The notes under the pieces were generated by a model, which saw nothing but the letters and a program-made list of their open reading frames with translations, made no database searches and had not been told where the DNA came from. Source: Octopus sinensis (lineage: Eukaryota). From it: a stretch of DNA of 5,075 nucleotides. The stretch spans positions 1-5,075 of the forward strand of contig NW_021830150.1 in the NCBI RefSeq assembly GCF_006345805.1, given 5' to 3'. Below are positions 1-5,075 of this stretch, piece after piece. Each line of letters starts with the position of its first letter. Position 1 is the stretch's first letter. Made by a program: the position numbers and the translations under genes.

Positions 1-308
1 TTCTTCCATCAGGATAATGCTCGGACACATACAGCGAGGATGACATTCCAAAGGCTGGATCAGTTTGACTGGAAACGATGCTCCACCCACCATATTCGCC
101 GGACATTGCCCCATCTGATTATCATTTATTCCGCAGTCTTCAAAATCATTTAGATGGAAAAATATGAATTCTGTAGACAAGGTCAGAACATTATTGGGGG
201 AGTATTTTTCGTCACGGACAAGTGAATCTTGGAAGAAAGGGCTTTGCAAGGCTACCACATAGATGGAAGAGCATTGTAGAAAATGAAGGAGAGTATATTT
301 TAGATAAA
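1..308 (+). pseudogene. Mariner transposase C-terminal fragment, disrupted by three frameshifts
   Basis: Manual reconstruction, adding a G at ~70-72 and an A at ~158-162 and removing a G at ~239-241: FFHQDNARTHTARMTFQRLDQFDWETMLHPPYSPDIAPSDYHLFRSLQNHLDGKNMNSVDKVRTLLGEYFSSRTSESWKKGFARLPHRWKSIVENEGEYILD. The second catalytic D (13-15) and third D (117-119) are separated by 34 residues, diagnostic of mariner. The expected stop after GAT (303-305) is replaced by an A10 run. Confidence 0.92.
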
Positions 309-359
309 AAAAAAAGAACTTTGTTTATCTTAACTTTGAGAAATAAAAGTACTTTTAAA

Positions 360-389
360 AAAACGCATTATTTATGGGATGACCCAATG
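360..389 (+). repeat. Probable right terminal inverted repeat of the mariner, followed by a TA target dinucleotide (390-391)
   Basis: The reverse complement reads CATTGGGTCATCCCATAAATAATGCGTTTT, resembling mariner TIR style (ATTGGGT...AAxTAAT.GCG..TT). It lies about 50-80 bp after the transposase end. The left TIR is outside the window, so exact limits are unconfirmed. Confidence 0.6.
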
Positions 390-489
390 TATGTTATATC
401 ACACAATACTTCAGCAAAACTGCATCTTAAATTTTATAGATGTATGCATTTATCCATGTCAGTGTGTACGTGTGTGAAATGTGTATATG

Positions 490-494
<5 letters not shown>

Positions 495-532
<38 letters not shown>

Positions 533-787
533 ATATATAATATAATATATATATATATATATAATGATAGGTTCACACAATATTTCATTATATAATATAT
601 ATATTTTATGTGTGCGTATAATATATATATATTATATATATATATATTATATATATATATATATATACCAGAGTAAACACAAAATGTAAAACAAGGTGGA
701 AAAAAGAGTACTCAAATACCAGTGGTAGAGATAATATGCTTTATTTAAAGAATAAAGTATATATATTATATATATATATATATATAT
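495..787. repeat. (TA)n microsatellite cluster with short unique spacers
   Basis: (TA)15 at 495-524, then further interrupted TA runs up to 787. Confidence 0.95.
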
Positions 788-919
788 GGTAAATGATATA
801 TTGCAATGAGTTCGCGTAAAATATATCGACTGGAATGAAAGTTGCTGACTCGTCATCTCTTTATTGTGAATATTTCCTCTGTGTTATTATACACATGTCA
901 CTTAGCGGCGAAAGGAATC

Positions 920-1220
920 AGGGAGAAAAAAATTATGGAGGACGAAGAACAAACTGACAATGATGATGTCTACGACGACAGCAACCGAGGTAGACAACAG
1001 AAGATGATGACAGCAAGAAAAAAAAGAAAAAAAACACGACGGAAGAAGACGAAAGAAGACGTCAGAAGATGGCGGAGAAAAGATGACGTCGCAGGTGGAG
1101 GAGTAAATGTCGGAAGAATATAGAAAAGAATTATGAGAAGGATATAGAAGACGTCGGAAGAGTGTAGAGGTAGGGAAGGGAGAGGGGGACGAAAGGAGGA
1201 TAAAAAGGAAAAGGCGGGAA
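920..1220. repeat. Purine-rich (GAA/GAC/GGA) low-complexity region
   Basis: The + strand is dominated by A and G, with A-runs and degenerate GAAGAC/GATGAC units. Confidence 0.75.
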
Positions 1221-1573
1221 AATGAGTCGTCTGCTTTAGTGATAAATTAAAAACAACAAATTTTAGCAAAGCAAAAACAATGTCGTTCGAAAGAAAGTTG
1301 TTAAACAAAACTGAATAAAATCGCTTGGGCTGTACGATGGCGGTGTAGGTAGGTTGATGAATTGAGAATGTGGGTAAACGTGTTCAGATGGATGCGTGGA
1401 TAAGCTATTTGGATGAGTAGATGTGAATGGAAGGTTTGTGTGGATATGTGATGGATGGGTTTGGGGATGTGTGGACGTGAAAGGAAAATATGAACTTCGT
1501 TGCCACAATTTCGTTACTCTACTTCTGGCTAATGATAAAAGGTTCGGCAATAAGTAATGATAGCACGGCATGA

Positions 1574-1613
1574 TGCTGCTACTACTACTGCTACTACGAC
1601 TACTGCTGCTGCT
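1574..1613. repeat. Compound (TGC)/(TAC) trinucleotide repeat
   Basis: TGCTGCTACTACTACTGCTACTACGACTACTGCTGCTGCT. Confidence 0.9.
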
Positions 1614-1849
1614 TGGATGAGACAGGTTCTGTATATTGTTAGGCGTGTGTTCTATTGTGTATATTATATGAAAGTTGTGTGACAGTATGTATATCGTGTA
1701 TATTTTGAGACAATGCATGTGTGACAGTGTATGTGTGTCTACAACCCTCCTCATCACAAACATGCATATATGTTGGGTATAGTGTGTGTGTGCCGTGTAT
1801 ATTGTATGACAATGAGGGTGTATTGCGTAACAGTATTTACATGTTTTGT

Positions 1850-1850
<1 letters not shown>

Positions 1851-1915
<65 letters not shown>

Positions 1916-1917
1916 GC

Positions 1918-2010
<93 letters not shown>
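1851..2010. repeat. Compound tetranucleotide array (AGAT)7(AGAC)9(AGCT)(AGAT)23
   Basis: Units counted directly; GATA/GACA-type microsatellite. Confidence 0.97.
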
Positions 2011-2149
2011 GGATGTTGAGTCCGTACATCTGAGGATGTGGACGTATTTTGCACGTACGAAACTTTAAATATATGCTGCTGAGTCAAATTATTAAATACT
2101 TGAAACAACAACGAAATGTGTTGAACACCTTCGTTTGTTCAGCCACTCT

Positions 2150-2198
2150 TGTGTGTGTGTGTGTGTGTGCGTGTGTGTGTGTGCGTGTGTGTGTGTGT
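2150..2198. repeat. (TG)n microsatellite with two CG interruptions
   Basis: Alternating purine-pyrimidine tract read directly. Confidence 0.97.
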
Positions 2199-2509
2199 CT
2201 ATTTGCACAGCTGTCTTTGTAAGTATCTAAGGATAACTATTTATAAATACGTATTACATGTATAACTATTTGTATGTGTGTGTGTGTGTATTTTGTTTCT
2301 GTGTATGTGTATATTATTAATTATCGTGTAAAAGCGAGGACAGACAGAGATAGAAATAGAGGGGTCAGAAAATAAGAACAATATATAGTGTATAAAAGCA
2401 TTAGTGTCACGCGCCTGTGTGTGTATGTGTGTTCTTGAGAGAACGAGAATTGCGGAATAAGTTTTCGTTACGTAACTATAAAAGAACTAGAATAATAGAA
2501 TAATAGAAC

Positions 2510-2645
2510 AAGAGATAAAAGATGAATTTGAGATGAGTAGCAGGAAAAGGCAAGAAGAGTAGGAAGGAGGAGGATGGGATAGGAACGGAAGAGCGAAGAG
2601 AGAGAGTAGAAGGGGGAGGGAATGGAGTGATGAAGTGGGAGGGTG
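2510..2645. repeat. Purine-rich (GA-rich) low-complexity tract
   Basis: Mostly A/G on the + strand (e.g. GAAGAGCGAAGAGAGAGAGTAGAAGGGGGAGGGAA). Confidence 0.75.
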
Positions 2646-2769
2646 TTAATATTGTAAATTGTGTTAAGGGCCTGAAGGCTTTTGATGGGTGCCAGCGATA
2701 GATTTAGATTGGTGTAGTTGGCGTGGGGGAGAGGTGCATGCTTTGAGTGAGTGTGTGTATGCGTGTATG

Positions 2770-3214
<445 letters not shown>

Positions 3215-3221
3215 ACGTTTC

Positions 3222-3227
3222 TTTATT
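3222..3227 (-). promoter_or_regulatory. Polyadenylation signal AATAAA at the LINE 3' end
   Basis: TTTATT on the + strand, about 290 nt after the ORF2 stop and a few nt before unique sequence gives way to microsatellite. Confidence 0.65.
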
Positions 3228-3518
3228 GGCCGCACAGGGCTGAACACAAAGGGGACAAAATACAAAGTAGAGCTTTTCCTTATGGGAGGAAAAAAAAGGG
3301 GGTAGCATTTCGATCAAAAGGTGTCGTGGAGAACAAAAATGGGCCGATCAATAGGGATCGTGTATCACAGAAATTTCATATTGTAAAATGGGAAACAGAT
3401 TAGGTTTATCCGTGGAAAGAAAAGCCTACGGAAAAGACCACGGTAACCTCGGGTAATATTGTCATGCAAAAAAACACATTAGAGTAAATGACTCTCTTTT
3501 TCCCTTTCTTTTTCTGGT

Positions 3519-4159
3519 TCATAGGATTATGCTCAAAATGGCTCCGTCATTCACACGTGCCATCCTTGCTACATTCACCCATCTTTTTTTAAAGCATTCA
3601 CTAGACAACACTTGCCTCTCTACTCTCACCGTCCTCTTCTAGTGATAGAGAACTTGAAGAAGTTGATGAGAGATTCAGCAGAAAGGAAAGTGTTTGTCTC
3701 TTGACCTTTCAGACGTGTCCACCATAAACATTCTTTCGCCATAGCTACAAGTACGATGAGAATGGCTCTTCCTTCCCGTTTCAAGGAAGGAGGCGCGACA
3801 ATATTCACGATAGACTCGGTTGATAAACTGATTCGTCCCACACGCGATAGCAGTCGTTCGACATAGGCCCACAGGTCGGAAATGGCTGGACACTGTACGA
3901 GTGCGTGCAGAACGGTTTTGTCGCTCTGACCGCATCTCGGGCAGGTCAGCCCCGTGTTTCTCGAGCCATGCCTGTAGAGCTTATCCCGAACGGGTCGCGC
4001 TTCTCGATAGCACTGCCAGGCCAGGGATCTCTGGAAGTTGTCCATAGGTCCCGGTCCGAAAGTCGTCTTGAGCAGGCGGTTCAGGTATTCCTCGTCGATG
4101 CCCAGGTTCGCCCCGAGATCGTCGTCGTACCTGCCCTCCACTAATCCTCTATAGAATGC
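3519..4159 (-). pseudogene. LINE ORF2 (pol) C-terminal fragment with CCHC zinc knuckle; frameshift and in-frame stop near 3639-3652
   Basis: The frame is open upstream of the listed GTG (AFYRGLVEGRYDDDLG...). The CX2CX8HX4C motif (CPRCGQSDKTVLHALVQC) is at 3890-3943. After ...INFFK the protein-like sequence continues in another frame as YH*KRTVRVERQVLSSECFKKRWVNVARMARVNDGAILSIIL*, ending at TGA 3521-3519. Confidence 0.88.
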
Positions 4160-4171
4160 TACTACTACTAT

Positions 4172-4235
<64 letters not shown>

Positions 4236-4273
4236 ACTACTACTGCTACTACTACTACTACTATTATTATTAT

Positions 4274-4323
<50 letters not shown>

Positions 4324-4336
4324 TTACTACTACTAC
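4157..4336. repeat. (TAC)n trinucleotide array with TGC and TAT variants
   Basis: About 60 in-phase triplets; the source of the poly-L and poly-S ORFs in the track. Confidence 0.97.
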
Positions 4337-4382
4337 AAAAACAATAAAACGACATCGGAAATTACGTCAAGAACAACACTTT

Positions 4383-4468
4383 ATGATATTGATGATGATG
4401 ATGATGATAATACGAAGAATGATGATGATCATGATGATGATGACAAAGATGACGACGACGACGACGAT
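4383..4468. repeat. Interrupted (GAT)n/(GAC)n repeat
   Basis: GATGATGAT... runs followed by GACGACGACGACGAC. Confidence 0.9.
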
Positions 4469-4629
4469 AGTGATCCGTCATGTGACCGTCGGGGTAGAAG
4501 GGACAGCCGCACAGGATTGCCTGCCCCGGCGAGGTGTCTTTCAGCATCATTTTTGAAGGTTTATTATTACATAAGATAGGCGTATGACCTCATATTTCAT
4601 GAGAGGGAGGGACGGAGGAAAGGGATGAA

Positions 4630-4650
4630 GAGGAGGAGGAGGAGGAGGAG
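4630..4650. repeat. (GAG)7
   Basis: Direct reading. Confidence 0.9.
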
Positions 4651-4660
4651 GTGTGTTTCA

Positions 4661-4857
4661 GCACGGTGGTAGTTTTGGGTTGATGACGATGTTAGTGGTG
4701 GTGGTGGTGGTGGTGATGGTAGTGGTGGTGGTGGCGGCGGCGGTGGTAGTGGTGGTGGTGGTGGTGGTGGTGGTGGTGGTGGAGGCGGCGGCGGCGGTGG
4801 TGGTGATGATGATGGTGGTGGTAGTGGGTGGGGTGGCGGTGGGGCGGTGATGGTGTA
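4661..4857. repeat. Compound (GGT)/(GGC)/(GAT) trinucleotide array
   Basis: Long GGT runs with GGC, GAT and AGT variants; the source of the poly-V and poly-H ORFs. Confidence 0.93.
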
Positions 4858-4879
4858 TTTAAAGGTGATATCCTTGTTT

Positions 4880-5060
4880 TAAATTTCAAAAAAACAGAAA
4901 TAATAATTTTGAAAAAAAAACAAAAAAACAAAGTTGAACCAAATAAACAAAACAAGCATTTATAATCGTCATCATAAAAAAAGGGGACGGGCAGCAGGGT
5001 AAATGAAAGAGAGGAAAAAAAACGCAAGGAAGAGAAGAAACAAAAGGGAAAAAGAATAGG
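4880..5060. repeat. A-rich low-complexity region
   Basis: Many A4-A9 runs on the + strand. Confidence 0.7.
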
Positions 5061-5075
5061 GCTCAGGAAACTTCT

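Larger units (their letters stand above)
1..389 (+). mobile_element. Mariner (Tc1/mariner, DD34D) DNA transposon, 3' part; runs off the left edge of the window
   Basis: Transposase motifs HQDNA..H and HPPYSPDIAPSDYHLF, C-terminal LP.RW..IVENEGEY, then a short AT-rich 3' region and a TIR-like end (...CGCATTATTTATGGGATGACCCAATG) followed by TA at 390-391. Confidence 0.92.
3215..4159 (-). mobile_element. 5'-truncated non-LTR retrotransposon (LINE), L1/Tx1-like
   Basis: ORF2 C-terminus with a zf-RVT-type region, a ~300-nt 3' UTR with T-runs, AATAAA near the end, and an abrupt 5' truncation inside ORF2. The clade is inferred from motif style (W..Y..A.PVRDKL.R...CPRC....TV.HAL..C...LW, terminal F..RW). 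The endonuclease and RT domains are absent. Boundaries are uncertain by a few bp. Confidence 0.88.

Noticed and set aside
222-527. 101-aa ORF as a gene
   Set aside because: It is chimeric: the last ~22 transposase residues, then read-through of the lost stop into the 3' region, TIR, flank and (TA)n.
842-1123. 93-aa ORF with an acidic patch and a basic NLS-like stretch
   Set aside because: The composition follows from the GA-rich low-complexity DNA. It starts at TTG and has no recognisable domain or convincing splice context.
1340-1490. Possible minisatellite in the GGATG/TGTG-rich stretch
   Set aside because: No stable unit length; it looks like decayed (TGGA)n and (TG)n.
2020-2066. Hammerhead ribozyme-like core: GUC (2020-2022), CUGAGGA (2030-2036), GAAAC (2059-2063), with a plausible stem III (UUGAGU/ACUUUAA)
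   Set aside because: Only 7 non-pairing nt lie between the GUC and CUGAGGA, so stem I cannot form. Stem II lacks the closing pair next to the core. A competing hairpin (2020-2043) sequesters the core, and a type I arrangement also fails.
3675-4144. ORFs 3675-3935 (-) and 3905-4144 (+)
   Set aside because: Alternative-frame and antisense shadows of the GC-rich LINE ORF2.
4149-5027. Poly-S, poly-L, poly-V and poly-H ORFs (4149-4355, 4156-4347, 4653-4850, 4692-5027)
   Set aside because: Direct translations of trinucleotide microsatellites.

Overview
Eukaryotic, AT-rich, very microsatellite-dense genomic DNA with no intact host gene. The repeat style suggests an invertebrate such as a cephalopod, but that is inference only. 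Two transposon relics are well supported. (1) The 3' end of a DD34D mariner (1-389, +): a frameshifted transposase C-terminus followed by a probable right TIR and TA. (2) A 5'-truncated L1/Tx1-like non-LTR retrotransposon of about 945 bp (~3215-4159, -): ORF2 C-terminus with a CX2CX8HX4C zinc knuckle, a ~300-nt 3' UTR and AATAAA. It has no poly(A) tail and abuts simple repeats at both ends. The rest is di-, tri- and tetranucleotide arrays and purine-rich low-complexity sequence with short unique islands, and most ORFs in the supplied track are read-throughs of these repeats. I cannot demonstrate a novel biological system. The best leads are the LINE-microsatellite association, a stem-loop in the LINE 3' UTR, and a GC-rich island at 4470-4545 with an 11-bp RNA helix and partial SECIS-like spacing.
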